Origin: an uncultured bacterium
GTDB lineage: Bacteria; Nitrospinota; Nitrospinia; Nitrospinales; JAJDAT01
DNA length: 26,703 bases
Assembly: GCA_963932495.1 (NCBI GenBank)
Contig: CAWVUN010000001.1
Span: forward strand, 1-26,703
Direction of reading: 5' to 3'
Part shown: positions 1 to 11,597 of the stretch, in pieces
How positions within the stretch are numbered: position 1 is the first letter of the stretch
How the letters are laid out: the number at the start of each line of letters is the position of its first letter
Notes under the pieces: generated by a model
Seen by the model: only the letters and a program-made list of their open reading frames with translations
Database searches by the model: none
What the model was told of the DNA's origin: nothing
Made by a program: the position numbers and the translations under genes

Positions 1-773
1 GGAAACGGACCTTCCACATCTATTCCCTCGTTCCGCATGTATTCGATGACAGGGTCGATTACTAAACTTTCTTCTTGGCCAAAAATCTCAGAATCACCGC
101 AATGAGGATTCAATCCCGTTACCGCAATTTTAGGATTAGACTTAATATGTCGAACAAGCCAGTCGTGAGTTAACCTAATAGTCTTTTCTACTAAAGATTT
201 ATTAAGTAATCCGGAAACTTCTTGAAGTGAGACATGAAGCGTGGCTAAAACAACACGAAGTTTTTCTCCAACCATCATAAGAGCAAAATCCTTAGACCCA
301 GTCAATTCTGCTAAAAATTCTGTATGTCCAGGATACAAATAACCCGCTAGGCGGATACCTTTTTTATTGATAGGTCCCGTTGCCACCGCATGGGCTTTTC
401 CATCCATTACTAATTTTGTGGCCACCCGGATATATTCTAAACTGGCTTTTCCACCCTCATGACTGGCTTTCCCTTTTTCTAAATCATTAGACACGTTTTT
501 CAAATCTAAAACATCTAATGCTCCTTGTTCAAACTTAGCTTCCTCTATTTGGGAAATAGAATTGAGAGGACTATTTAAAGATAACTGGGAAGCGATAGAA
601 CTTAAAAGATTAGCGTCCCCAACGACTAATACTCGGCACAAACCTTCCACAATCCCTGTTTGAAACGCTTTTAGGATTATTTCTGGACCAACCCCAGCAG
701 GATCGCCCATAGTCACAGCAATTAGCGGTTTATTTTCTAAATTCAATTTACTTGCTTCCAAAACCTTATTCAC
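1..773 (-). CDS. pdxA: 4-hydroxythreonine-4-phosphate dehydrogenase PdxA (C-terminus runs off the window)
   Basis: Manual minus-strand translation (not in the ORF track): KPLIAVTMGDPAGVGPEIILKAF ... VTGLNPHCGDSEIFGQEE...GIDVEGPF, with the PdxA GDPAGxGPE and GLNPH motifs. Start uncertain (GTG ending at 773 or TTG ending at 746). Confidence 0.93.
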   Translation of the reverse strand, partial: MNKVLEASKLNLENKPLIAVTMGDPAGVGPEIILKAFQTGIVEGLCRVLVVGDANLLSSIASQLSLNSPLNSISQIEEAKFEQGALDVLDLKNVSNDLEKGKASHEGGKASLEYIRVATKLVMDGKAHAVATGPINKKGIRLAGYLYPGHTEFLAELTGSKDFALMMVGEKLRVVLATLHVSLQEVSGLLNKSLVEKTIRLTHDWLVRHIKSNPKIAVTGLNPHCGDSEIFGQEESLVIDPVIEYMRNEGIDVEGPF

Positions 774-875
774 CTGAAGATAAACAGCCCGCTTTTATTT
801 ATGAATAATAGCCTCGATTATTCTGACTATTTAAACGACTAGCTAATTAAAACTAATGGATTTAAAACTTCAGGT

Positions 876-891
876 TGGCTTTTATTTTGCT
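876..891 (+). promoter_or_regulatory. Candidate sigma54 -24/-12 promoter
   Basis: TGGCTTTTATTTTGCT fits TGGC-N7-TTGCW with exact GG-N10-GC spacing. It is intergenic, about 210 nt upstream of the 1100 ORF. Confidence 0.4.
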
Positions 892-1099
892 ACAAATTTT
901 GAATGGAGAACTAAAAAAACAAGAATAAATTCTAAATTGGCGTGGTTCAATTTAGCATATATTGCTAATGTTTAAAATAATTTTGGCCATCTCACAAACA
1001 ACCAGAAAAAATAATACTATCAAAATCAATATTTTATCCTTTTCCCAGCAGAAGAATTAGGTTTTAATAGCGTTAACAAAATTTTGACGAATTGACCGG

Positions 1100-2002
1100 A
1101 TGAGCTCAAAAAACAAAATCATTTATACCGACAAAACACCATACAACTTTATTGTCGTTATCGAATACGACGATATCCGAGAATTATGGTTTAAAAGCCC
1201 TTCCGATTATTTTTTGCAAAGTAGGATTTCTATAAAAGATCTTATTGCCCCACGAATGATTTATTCCCAATTATTACTAGCGGGATTATTTTTGAATCCT
1301 TCTCCAAAAAGAATTCTCGTTTTGGGGGTAGGCGGCGGGCTAGTTCCTCATTACTTTTCTCATTATTTCCCCGATGTTAAAATCGACGCAGTGGATATTG
1401 ATAAAGGAGTAATTAAAGCGGCTAAAAAGTATTTTTATTTGAAAGAAACAGAACGTATAAAAATTCACGAGGCCGACGGACGGCTTTTTATTCAGAATCA
1501 AATTGGAAAAGTGAAATACGATTTCATTGTTCTAGATGCATTTAAAAGCGGATCTGTTCCATTTCATCTAAAGACGCTTCAGTTTTATGACGAGATTAGA
1601 TCCGTTCTATCTCCAGGCGGCGTCGTAGCTTCTAATTTATATGGACAAAGTAACGCTTTTAAACCTCATGACTTAAAAACTTTTTCGCAGATTTTCAAAC
1701 AAATTTACCTCTTTGAAGATCCAGATAAAGTATCGACTCTTTTGTTTGCAACAGAATCAGAAAAAAGAGTGACTCAGAGCGAATTTAAAGCAAGAGCTAA
1801 CCAGCTAATGGATAAATATTCTTTTTCTACACCTTTAGAGGTCATCGCAGGAATGGCTGTACCAAACGAAGTATTAGGAAAAATCGCTTATATTTTTAAA
1901 GATGATTTTCAACAAAATGAACTTAAGGAAGCGGCAAAAAAGAATAATTTAGACAATCAAGAGCCGCGGCCTTACGCAATTGTGAATCACAATCCTGATT
2001 AA
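1100..2002 (+). CDS. Spermidine-synthase-like SAM-dependent transferase (stand-alone domain of the 'fused MFS/spermidine synthase' type)
   Basis: RILVLGVGGG (SAM motif I), DAVDID, EADGRLFI, YDFIVLDAF, GGVVASN. Lacks the canonical SpeE GGGDG motif. Confidence 0.8.
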   Translation: MSSKNKIIYTDKTPYNFIVVIEYDDIRELWFKSPSDYFLQSRISIKDLIAPRMIYSQLLLAGLFLNPSPKRILVLGVGGGLVPHYFSHYFPDVKIDAVDIDKGVIKAAKKYFYLKETERIKIHEADGRLFIQNQIGKVKYDFIVLDAFKSGSVPFHLKTLQFYDEIRSVLSPGGVVASNLYGQSNAFKPHDLKTFSQIFKQIYLFEDPDKVSTLLFATESEKRVTQSEFKARANQLMDKYSFSTPLEVIAGMAVPNEVLGKIAYIFKDDFQQNELKEAAKKNNLDNQEPRPYAIVNHNPD

Positions 2003-2084
2003 ATCTGAAAAATCGTTTGTAAAATTTACCTTTCCTATTCGCTCTCCGTTCCCACATTACCAACTTTTAACATTATTAGCCTTC

Positions 2085-3755
2085 ATGATATCCATACCAA
2101 AAAAATTTCGAACTCCTCTTTTGGCTTCGATTATTTGGATTGCTTTTTTTTGCCTCTACCTGTTTACAGCCCCATCGGCTTTACCCGAAGGCGATGAAGC
2201 CATTTTATTAGGCGTTGCCGATAGGGTCGCTCGATACGGTTTTTCCTGGCTTCCTCCAAACTTAAATCACAATCATGAGTATAGTTCTTACGGTTTTTTT
2301 GCTTCTGGTTTTAGCAAATATGGATTGGGTCAATCGCTACTCGCTATTCCCATAACTGAGGCCTTCTTAGTCGCTAAAGAAAGTAGCGATTGGGAAACGT
2401 TTACCAACGCCATGTTCGTTGTATTCACTTTACCTGCCGCAATCACCGCTTCGATTAACTCTTTATTTTTTCTAATTTGTCTCAAGCTGGGAAGAAGAAT
2501 CGATACTGCATTTGTTCTAACCTTGATTCTAGGAACAACAACCATGATTTGGCCGTATTCGCAAACTCTATTCTCTGATCCCACTTTAGCGGCATCTTGG
2601 TTGCTTGCTCTTTACTCCTTTCTATCTTATCGAGAATCCAAAAACTATTTATGGCTTGCAATAGCGGGAGCTGTCATTGGCTTTGCCATTCTAAACAAAA
2701 TAGTAGCGACTTATACTGTTCCCATTTTTGGCATTTACTTTCTGCATCTCCTGGGGTTACTACCATTTCAAAAAGAAAACAGAAAACCATTCTTCTCCAA
2801 AGAATCTATCTTTCCATTTTTTTGCTGTGTTATCCCTTTTGCCTTAATGATTATCTGCGTTCTGTATTACAACAACATCCGATATGGAAAATGGTTTTCT
2901 TTTGGCTACACAGACTATGGAACCTACGATATGAGAGACACTGTCTTTGGTTTCAATGTCCCATTTTTGGCCGGGTTATACGCTCAGCTACTGAGCTCAG
3001 GAAAGGGGTTTTTCTTTTATAATCCATCGTGTCTTCTAGCTTTTATTGGCTGGAATGATAGTTACAAAAAAAACAAGCCAGAGGCTTTATTATGCGCAGG
3101 CATTCTAGGCGGTTCGCTTGCAATCTATAGCACCTGGTATGGTTGGCATGGGGATTGGAGCTGGGGACTTCGATATTGGTCATGTATGCCTCCCTTTTTC
3201 CTTATTCTTGCAGGTCCTTTCTTTGACAAGTTAATCTCAAAAACAAGAGACTCTATTTTTGGATATTGGAAACAAGCTTCATTTACGGCAGCGCTCCTTA
3301 TAATTTCCCTTGGGGTTCAGATACCCGGCATTGCAATTAAAAGTAATAACTATATTTTAACCGCTAGTAATGTCGAAGTATTTAAGGGAAAATTTTTTAC
3401 AAGCGAGTGGCCAATCCGAGACGATTCGCTTCAACTACATTTTATTCCAGAATTCTCTCCAATTGCAGGGCATCTATGGATGATGAAAATGATTTTTTAT
3501 CGCAATAGTCCAAGATATTCAGAAATTTATTCTAACCCGCCATGGGCCAGCCTCAATTCGCTATGGAGGTTAGACAGTATAAATCCCAGCTATTTCCGCT
3601 ATAACATTTGGTGGATGAATGTTTGGGTAAACAATTCTCCAAATTCATTTGGAATGTTTGTAAAAGCTGGATTCCTTTTCTTAGTATTTTTATCACTTAC
3701 TATTTGTGGATTACGCCAAACTTTTAAAATAGAGGGAGAAAATAAATTTCAATAA
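2085..3755 (+). CDS. Polytopic GT-C fold glycosyltransferase (ArnT/PMT-like, lipid-carrier dependent)
   Basis: Many hydrophobic helices; acidic GDE motif in the first loop after TM1; W-x-G-D-W-S-W-G-L-R-Y motif typical of these membrane GTs. Confidence 0.7.
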   Translation: MISIPKKFRTPLLASIIWIAFFCLYLFTAPSALPEGDEAILLGVADRVARYGFSWLPPNLNHNHEYSSYGFFASGFSKYGLGQSLLAIPITEAFLVAKESSDWETFTNAMFVVFTLPAAITASINSLFFLICLKLGRRIDTAFVLTLILGTTTMIWPYSQTLFSDPTLAASWLLALYSFLSYRESKNYLWLAIAGAVIGFAILNKIVATYTVPIFGIYFLHLLGLLPFQKENRKPFFSKESIFPFFCCVIPFALMIICVLYYNNIRYGKWFSFGYTDYGTYDMRDTVFGFNVPFLAGLYAQLLSSGKGFFFYNPSCLLAFIGWNDSYKKNKPEALLCAGILGGSLAIYSTWYGWHGDWSWGLRYWSCMPPFFLILAGPFFDKLISKTRDSIFGYWKQASFTAALLIISLGVQIPGIAIKSNNYILTASNVEVFKGKFFTSEWPIRDDSLQLHFIPEFSPIAGHLWMMKMIFYRNSPRYSEIYSNPPWASLNSLWRLDSINPSYFRYNIWWMNVWVNNSPNSFGMFVKAGFLFLVFLSLTICGLRQTFKIEGENKFQ

Positions 3756-3771
3756 GAATTTTGCAATAAAA

Positions 3772-5472
3772 TTAGCTTCCGCGTGTTTGCAAATTACCAA
3801 TTCGGGTGGTTCGAATAGATTTATAACCTTCCAACCCAACGAATATTGCCAATCCAATAAGGATTAAAGCTGCAATTCCAAGCAAATAATTTGGCTCTGG
3901 GTAAGAAAGAAATTTAAACGCTTGCCAGGACAAAGCGCCAATAGTAGTTACAATCATAAATATTGCTGGATATAGAGTATAAGCGGAAGGTTTTTTAATC
4001 CCTATTAAGTATGAGGAGATGACAAACAAAGCTACTGCGGCAATTAACTGATTCGTGGCTCCAAAAATCGGCCATATTTTTTGCCATCCGTCTGTTGCCC
4101 CTATCAAATAAGCTAAAAAAACAACGATGCCGGTAGCCAAGTATTTATCGTATAAAAATGGAATTTTTTTGCCTACAGACTCTTGCGTTATAAACCGGGT
4201 AATACGAACAGCCGAGTCTAAAGTTGTTAAAACAAATGTGTTCAAAGCAAGCACAGCAATCATTGACGATACGGAAAACCCCAGCATGGGCAACATCTGA
4301 CTCACAACGTTTCCATATCCGTTTCCAAAAGCAAGAATCCATCCTCCACTTTTAAGAGTTTCGCGAAAACCAAGAGTTTGCATATCAATATTTCCACCAA
4401 CTGGTGCAACCCAATACAACCCCCCTCCAACTAATAAAACCGTTACAACGGCAATAACTCCTTCAGTCAACATTCCTCCATAACTAATAAAACGACCTTC
4501 GCTTTCTTTAGCCAATTGTTTAGAAGTAGTCCCCCCAGCAACTAAAGAATGAAAACCTGAAACAGCACCACAAGCGACTAAAACAAATAACATTGGCCAA
4601 AGGGGGCCTTGCTCGTCTGAATAGCCGCCCAAAAACGCGGGAGCATGTAATTCAGGACGAACCCAAAGTAACCCAACGATTCCTAATGACATTGAACCAA
4701 ACAAAACATAAGTTGAAAGATAATCGCGCGGTTGTAATAGCACTTGCACTGGGGTTACCGAAGCGATTGCAGCATAAGCCAGTAAAATGACAAACCAAAT
4801 TTTAAACGAGGTAAACCCCAACATTTCAGGAGGTAATTCAATCGGAAATTTAAACCCTACATAAATGCTTAGCAGTAAACCTCCAACTCCAACTAAAGTG
4901 ACTGCTGTTAAATTAACCGATTTTTTATAAATCGCCCATCCCATAATTATTGAAATTGGAATGATAGCAAATGTAGGAAAGACCGTCTGCGGTTGAGCAA
5001 TTAAGGTCTTGGCAGCGACAACTCCAAAAACAGCAATCACTAAAAGCATGGCCAATAACAAAAATGCCGAAAAAACAGCTTTGGCATGAGGCCCCATAGA
5101 ACCTTCTGCAATATCGGCGATAGAGCTTCCACGGTTGCGAACGGATACCATCAAAGTTACGTAATCATGCACAGCACCAATGAAAACATTGCCTATCAAA
5201 ATCCATAAAATAGTAACGACCCATCCAAAGTGATGCATAGCAACGATAGGACCTATTACTGGGCCAGCCCCAGCTATTGAAGCAAAATTATGCCCAAATA
5301 AAACTAACGGTTTACTTGGCACATAATCCACGCCATCATTTTGAGCTGTCGATGGTGGAACGATTGAATTATCGGGTTGAATAACTTTTTTATCTAAAAG
5401 GCCGCCATAAAATCGATAACCAATAAAATAAAAATACAGGCACGAAAGTGTAAGGATGCAAAAAACCAACAT
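3772..5472 (-). CDS. cstA: Carbon starvation protein A family transporter (peptide/pyruvate uptake)
   Basis: NDGVDYVPS, LFGHNFASIAGAGPVIGP, GAVHDY, ACGAVSGFHSLV, YGGMLTEG, TTLDSAVRITRF, IWPIFGATNQL. Confidence 0.95.
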   Translation of the reverse strand: MLVFCILTLSCLYFYFIGYRFYGGLLDKKVIQPDNSIVPPSTAQNDGVDYVPSKPLVLFGHNFASIAGAGPVIGPIVAMHHFGWVVTILWILIGNVFIGAVHDYVTLMVSVRNRGSSIADIAEGSMGPHAKAVFSAFLLLAMLLVIAVFGVVAAKTLIAQPQTVFPTFAIIPISIIMGWAIYKKSVNLTAVTLVGVGGLLLSIYVGFKFPIELPPEMLGFTSFKIWFVILLAYAAIASVTPVQVLLQPRDYLSTYVLFGSMSLGIVGLLWVRPELHAPAFLGGYSDEQGPLWPMLFVLVACGAVSGFHSLVAGGTTSKQLAKESEGRFISYGGMLTEGVIAVVTVLLVGGGLYWVAPVGGNIDMQTLGFRETLKSGGWILAFGNGYGNVVSQMLPMLGFSVSSMIAVLALNTFVLTTLDSAVRITRFITQESVGKKIPFLYDKYLATGIVVFLAYLIGATDGWQKIWPIFGATNQLIAAVALFVISSYLIGIKKPSAYTLYPAIFMIVTTIGALSWQAFKFLSYPEPNYLLGIAALILIGLAIFVGLEGYKSIRTTRIGNLQTRGS

Positions 5473-5585
5473 CGGAAGAGAACCTTTTTTAAATGATCAA
5501 CTTAAGCCTGACTAATTCTAGTCTAAAAAATAAGTAGACTTTTTTGAATTTAAAAGTTCTAGCGAAGAACTATTTATACAAACCT

Positions 5586-6881
<1,296 letters not shown>

Positions 6882-7320
6882 TTAAAAAAATTGAACACAT
6901 TAAGAATTTTAAATAATCGATAACATGAAAGTTTAAATTCACTAAAAAAATGAACTTATCAAAATCACGATAAAATTCGCACCGTATTATGAATTTAGAG
7001 GTCTCTAAAGTCAACCTATCCATTTCTTCTTATAATGGCTAGATTTAATGTTGAGCTCAAAAAGCATTAACTCATTGAAAGAAATGTATTCATCGCAAAA
7101 TAAATTCAAACTAGGATGATGCAATTTTAATTTCCGTTAGAATCTTACTAAAAGTCTGTTGCACACTATAATCACCTATTATCCTAATCCAAACGGCGGT
7201 AATAATTAGATCAAAGCAAGCAGAAACATATCTAAAAAAACGGATTTTGAAATCTTCCTGTCGTCTAATTGTGAATAAAACATTCTCTTTATTTTTTTAA
7301 ACTAACCTCAAGGTCAAGAT

Positions 7321-9196
7321 TTGTATTTTTTATTTCTAGGCGTACTTACCGTCAACGGTCAAACCACAAATTTTGATTCCGTTGCTTTTGACGACGACCT
7401 CTACGTTTTTAAAAATACAAAAATCTAACAACCCCCTTACCTAAATAACTTCCTTTGGATATTTCAGTTCAATGGTTCCAGTTAGCATCCTCTTACTTGG
7501 CTTTCACATATAATGGACTATCAATTATTTGAGTCTAACCCTCGCGGCCATTATTTAACTAGCGTGATCATACATTGCGCTAATAGCATTCTTTTATTCT
7601 TGATTTTGGAACGATTAAACCGAGATATTTTGAGAAGCACTTTAGTTGCAGCCTTATTTTGCATTCATCCATTGAATGTAGAATCAGTCGCTTGGATCGC
7701 TCAAAGAAAGAATGTTCTAGGCACTTTTTGGAGTTTTGTGGTTATTTTGGCATACACTGATTTTGTCAAAAGACAAAAACTATTTTTTTGGGTGATTCTA
7801 TTTTTGTCATTAAGCTTAAAGACAAAACCTATTTCCGTAACGATTCCTTTTCTACTTTTGCTTTTAGATTTCTGGCCATTGCAACGGTTTTCTTTTAATC
7901 TCAATAACACAAAAAAAATCAAATAGTTTTAGAGCTCATACTTGAAAAATGGGTTCTCTTCTTATTGAAAACCTGCATCTGCTTATTAACTCTTAAAACC
8001 AAAAAAACGACTGGAAATGTTGATGGGTTGGATTTAGGGCTTTCCATCAAAAATTCAATAATCAGTTATACAAGCTGTTTCGGGCAAGCCATCTGGCCAA
8101 ATAAACTATCGGTTTTTTATCCTTTTTTGCATTACCGCTTTGGCAAGTCGTATTCCCTAGCATCGGGCTAATGAGTTTAACGATCAGTTCCATTAGATTT
8201 CTTACTAAATATCCATATTTAATTGTGGGATGGTTTTGGTATTTAGTTACCTTAATTCCAGTTATAGATATAGTTCAGACAGGAGCGCAATCGATAGCTG
8301 ACAGGTACGTCTATACACCTCTTATAGGTTTATTTATTGTATTTTCTTGGGGTATTCATGATCTTACTAAGAAAACTTAAATAAGGCGAACTCAGCTAAT
8401 TTCTTTTATTGCCTTCGTTTTATTGACTTTATCCATCTGCACTTGGAAACAAGTAAAACATTGGAAAAATACCATAACTCTTTTTGAGCATTCGCAAAAA
8501 GTAGTTAAAGATAATGAAATAGCACATATAAAACTCGAGCTTGCCTATAAAAATATAGGGGAAACGGACAAAGCAATACTTCATTTCATGGAAGCGATTC
8601 GAATTCATCCACTCTTCTTAAAAGCTCCTTACGAATTAGGGTATTTGCTAACAATACAAGGAAAATTCGATGAAGCATTAAATCATTTTTCAATCGCTAC
8701 TCCCTATATCTTTAAAAAACTGGACAACGCTTTTTTTCATTCTCAAGAGTCTAACTAAAAAAACATACCCGAATTTCACGAATCTCTAAAAAACTTTAAT
8801 CTATTTTTAGAAGATTTTCCGAAAGAAAATTATCCAGCATACCATGCTGGAATGACGTTGTTGAGAGAGGGAGAAACCAAGAAAGCTGTGACTTACTTTC
8901 TAAAAGGCATAAACAAAGAGTCGCAATTCTTAATATTAGAAAAACAAATGGAACCCACTTTAGCGGCTATTTCCTACCTTCAATCTGCCACTGTTTTTTT
9001 CTTAAAAGCAATTGAAAATGGATCAAAGGCTCCTCAAGTTTACGATCAATTAACTAGCATCATTGCAGTCAAAGAAAGACTCACAAAAAGTCTTTTGGGT
9101 TTCTCTAATAAAAAAAATCACATAACAAAGTTAATTAAACCAAGCAAGATCGCACACCTTCTTCCAGCCGACCTCTATCTAAATTACGGCCTATAA
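7321..9196 (+). pseudogene. Decayed TMTC-like membrane protein O-glycosyltransferase/TPR protein (GT-C N-terminal domain plus C-terminal TPRs)
   Basis: The fragments join into one protein: FDDDLYV...*HPLTWLSHIMDYQLF...HPLNVESVAWIAQRKNVL...LLLLDFWPL / LEK...WPNKLSVFYP / LWQV...GWFWYLVTLIPV...ADRYVYTPLIG...TWKQVKHWKN-TPR. In-frame stops at 7426, 7483, 8378 and 8756; frameshifts at the A8 run 7911-7918 and the T6 run 8123-8128. 5' end not resolvable. Confidence 0.88.
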
Positions 9197-10109
9197 ATAT
9201 CATTCTATTTTCTCTGAAATCATATCCCCAAGGTTTATCTTCTCGGCTATCAAACATCATATAAACACCATGAAAGATAATTCGATTGGACATGTCTGGA
9301 GCAGATAAAATTCCTTTTGATCTGAATACATCCATACCTTCCATAATTCCAAGCATGCGTAACCACATAAGAAATTTATCTATATCAATATTTCCCTTAA
9401 TCACAATTCCAACAGAAGAGATGGCTTCACCATGACTATGATCATTGTGAGTACCTTGATTTATAATTGCTGCCAAATCCTCTTCAGCTTTTAACTCAAA
9501 ACCTTTAAGATCAAATATTTTATCTAAATTAATTTGCGCATTATTTGTTCGATAAAGCGAAGCAGATGGATTGATTTCTTTGATTTTAGTTTCTACAGCA
9601 ATTAATTCTTCATTAGTAATTAAATCAATTTTGTTTATTAACAAAACATTTGAAACCGCTATTTGTTCCCAAGCAACATCAATGTCTTCCAAATGTTTCC
9701 AAAAATGTTTAGCGTCAACAACTGCCACCGATGAGTCTAAAACCAGCCCACTTTCTATTTGATCTTCAACAATAAAGGCTTGAGCCAATGGTCCCGGCGA
9801 TGCTAAACCTGCGCATTCAATCAAAATAGAATCAAAGCGATCTTTACGATCTACAAGTTTATTCAAAGTTTGAATTAAATCGCCTTTGATTGAACAACAA
9901 ACGCAACCATTGCTCATTTCGAATATATCTTTATCAACCCCCACAACTAAATCATGGTCTACGCTAATCTCTCCAAACTCATTCTCTATAACTGCAATTC
10001 GCTTTCCATGAGCCTGAGTCAAAATATAATTTAACAAAGTTGTTTTCCCCGCTCCTAAACAACCAGTCAATAAAGTTACAGGGATTTCCTCTTGTAATTC
10101 TTGCTTCAT
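9135..10109 (-). CDS. COG0523 / CobW-family G3E GTPase metallochaperone
   Basis: GCLGAGKTT (Walker A), IENEFG, CVCC (CxCC), ECAG, NKID, short His linker HNDHSHG, CobW_C-like tail (FRSKG...FHGV...ENRMIFIGRNLD). Confidence 0.93.
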   Translation of the reverse strand: MKQELQEEIPVTLLTGCLGAGKTTLLNYILTQAHGKRIAVIENEFGEISVDHDLVVGVDKDIFEMSNGCVCCSIKGDLIQTLNKLVDRKDRFDSILIECAGLASPGPLAQAFIVEDQIESGLVLDSSVAVVDAKHFWKHLEDIDVAWEQIAVSNVLLINKIDLITNEELIAVETKIKEINPSASLYRTNNAQINLDKIFDLKGFELKAEEDLAAIINQGTHNDHSHGEAISSVGIVIKGNIDIDKFLMWLRMLGIMEGMDVFRSKGILSAPDMSNRIIFHGVYMMFDSREDKPWGYDFRENRMIFIGRNLDRGRLEEGVRSCLV

Positions 10110-10221
10110 AACAACTCCTAAGTTTTCACCTAAATAAAATCTGACTATAAAACAACCATTCGGGATAACTTTAAGACAAAATAGTGTAAAATCATTGCTT
10201 TATTTCCGTATGATAAAAATA

Positions 10222-10422
10222 ATGGACGACAAAAAATTAGCCTTTATTTTAATTGGTTTACTAGGCACCGGATGCATTGGTGTTTTATTTATTGTCATTC
10301 CTTGGTTAATGGGGCGGGGTTTTGTTAATTGGAAACAAAACCTAATCGACGACAGTTTAATCTTTGGCGTTATTGCGACAGTCGTTTACGGCCTTTATGT
10401 AGGAACTAAATCTCATAAGTGA
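10222..10422 (+). CDS. Small two-TM membrane protein, unknown function
   Basis: Two hydrophobic stretches (LAFILIGLLGTGCIGVLFIVIPWLM; LIFGVIATVVYGLYVG). ATG at 10222 or 10210; ends 34 nt before the GT4 at 10457. Confidence 0.55.
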   Translation: MDDKKLAFILIGLLGTGCIGVLFIVIPWLMGRGFVNWKQNLIDDSLIFGVIATVVYGLYVGTKSHK

Positions 10423-10456
10423 GCTTTTACCTCCCATCCTTTCTCGTTCTTAAGAT

Positions 10457-11596
10457 TTGATGAAAATATCCTTTTTATGCTTTGATATTTCAGATAATTC
10501 TTTTGCAAGAGCCGCTTTATTAGCCGACGCTGTCTCGTCAGTTCACCAAGTAGAATTATTAGGTCCTGCTAAAAAAGGTTCTATCTGGGAACCTTTAAAA
10601 AATTGCCGTCATTCGGTCAAATTATTTCCCTGGAAAAGATATCCAAGCTTTTTAAGTATTATTCCAGATATTATTAAAGCAGCAGACGGCGATCTCATTT
10701 TCGCTAGTAAGTTAAGACCTACAAGTTTTGGCATTTCTTTATTAGCAAATAGAAAAGTGCCTATTTTGTTAGATATCGACGACTGGGAATTAGGCTTTTT
10801 CTCCCAAGCTCATTTTTGGGGCAAAGTAGGGCGTTTTTTAAACTTTTCCAACCCCGATGGAATGCCTTATACATGGATAATGGAGCAATTAACTCAGTTC
10901 GCTGACGGAATTACTGTGAGTAATCGTTTTTTGCAAAAACGTTTTGGAGGAGTGCTTGCTCCACATTGCCGCGACACCACCCTATTAGACCCTGAAAAAT
11001 TTAACACAAACGAAAATAAAAAAAAATTAGGGTTAGAAGGGAAAAAGACATTAATGTTTTTAGGAACTCCTAGAGCACATAAAGGAATTGACGATTTAAT
11101 TGCTCTTATGGGTAAAATTCAAACACCAAACGTCCATTTAGCTGTAATAGGAACTCCTGACTCAACGCTAGAAAAAAATTCACCGCCAAACAAGAAAATT
11201 TCATTCTTGCCAAAGATCCCTTTTTCAGATTTAGGCATTTATCTTTCAGCTGCAGATGGGGTAATCATTCCTCAGCGCAAATCAAACGCTACCATAGGGC
11301 AAATGCCTGCCAAAATCTACGACGCCATGGCTATGGCAAAACCTATAATTTCGACGAAAGTTTCCGACATCCCTGAAGCACTTGAAAATTGCGGTTATGT
11401 TGTCGAACCTGGGGATGTTACAGAATTAGCGCAAGCCGTAGACTCTATCTTTTCAGACCCAATAAAAGCCAAAGAGATGGGACAAAAAGCTCGAGCAAAA
11501 TGTAAGGAACTTTACGACATCAAAAATCTAGAAAAAACTCTTCTTGATCTTATCGAACAAGTGACAAAAAAAAATAGACGAACCCATTTTTCTTGA
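10457..11596 (+). CDS. Glycosyltransferase family 4 (GT-B)
   Basis: FLGTPRAHKG, PAKIYDAMAMAKPIISTKVSDIPE, GYVVEPGD. Confidence 0.9.
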   Translation: MMKISFLCFDISDNSFARAALLADAVSSVHQVELLGPAKKGSIWEPLKNCRHSVKLFPWKRYPSFLSIIPDIIKAADGDLIFASKLRPTSFGISLLANRKVPILLDIDDWELGFFSQAHFWGKVGRFLNFSNPDGMPYTWIMEQLTQFADGITVSNRFLQKRFGGVLAPHCRDTTLLDPEKFNTNENKKKLGLEGKKTLMFLGTPRAHKGIDDLIALMGKIQTPNVHLAVIGTPDSTLEKNSPPNKKISFLPKIPFSDLGIYLSAADGVIIPQRKSNATIGQMPAKIYDAMAMAKPIISTKVSDIPEALENCGYVVEPGDVTELAQAVDSIFSDPIKAKEMGQKARAKCKELYDIKNLEKTLLDLIEQVTKKNRRTHFS

Positions 11597-11597
11597 T

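Noticed and set aside
7321-9196. Stop-codon reassignment explaining the in-frame TAA/TAG
   Set aside because: Intact genes end in TAA, TAG or TGA and have no internal stops. The disrupted genes also carry frameshifts and deletions.
9135-9196. Functional 62-bp convergent overlap between the TPR fragment and the COG0523 gene
   Set aside because: More simply read-through after a homopolymer slip in the pseudogene; a TAA at 9132-9134 in another frame directly abuts the GTPase stop.
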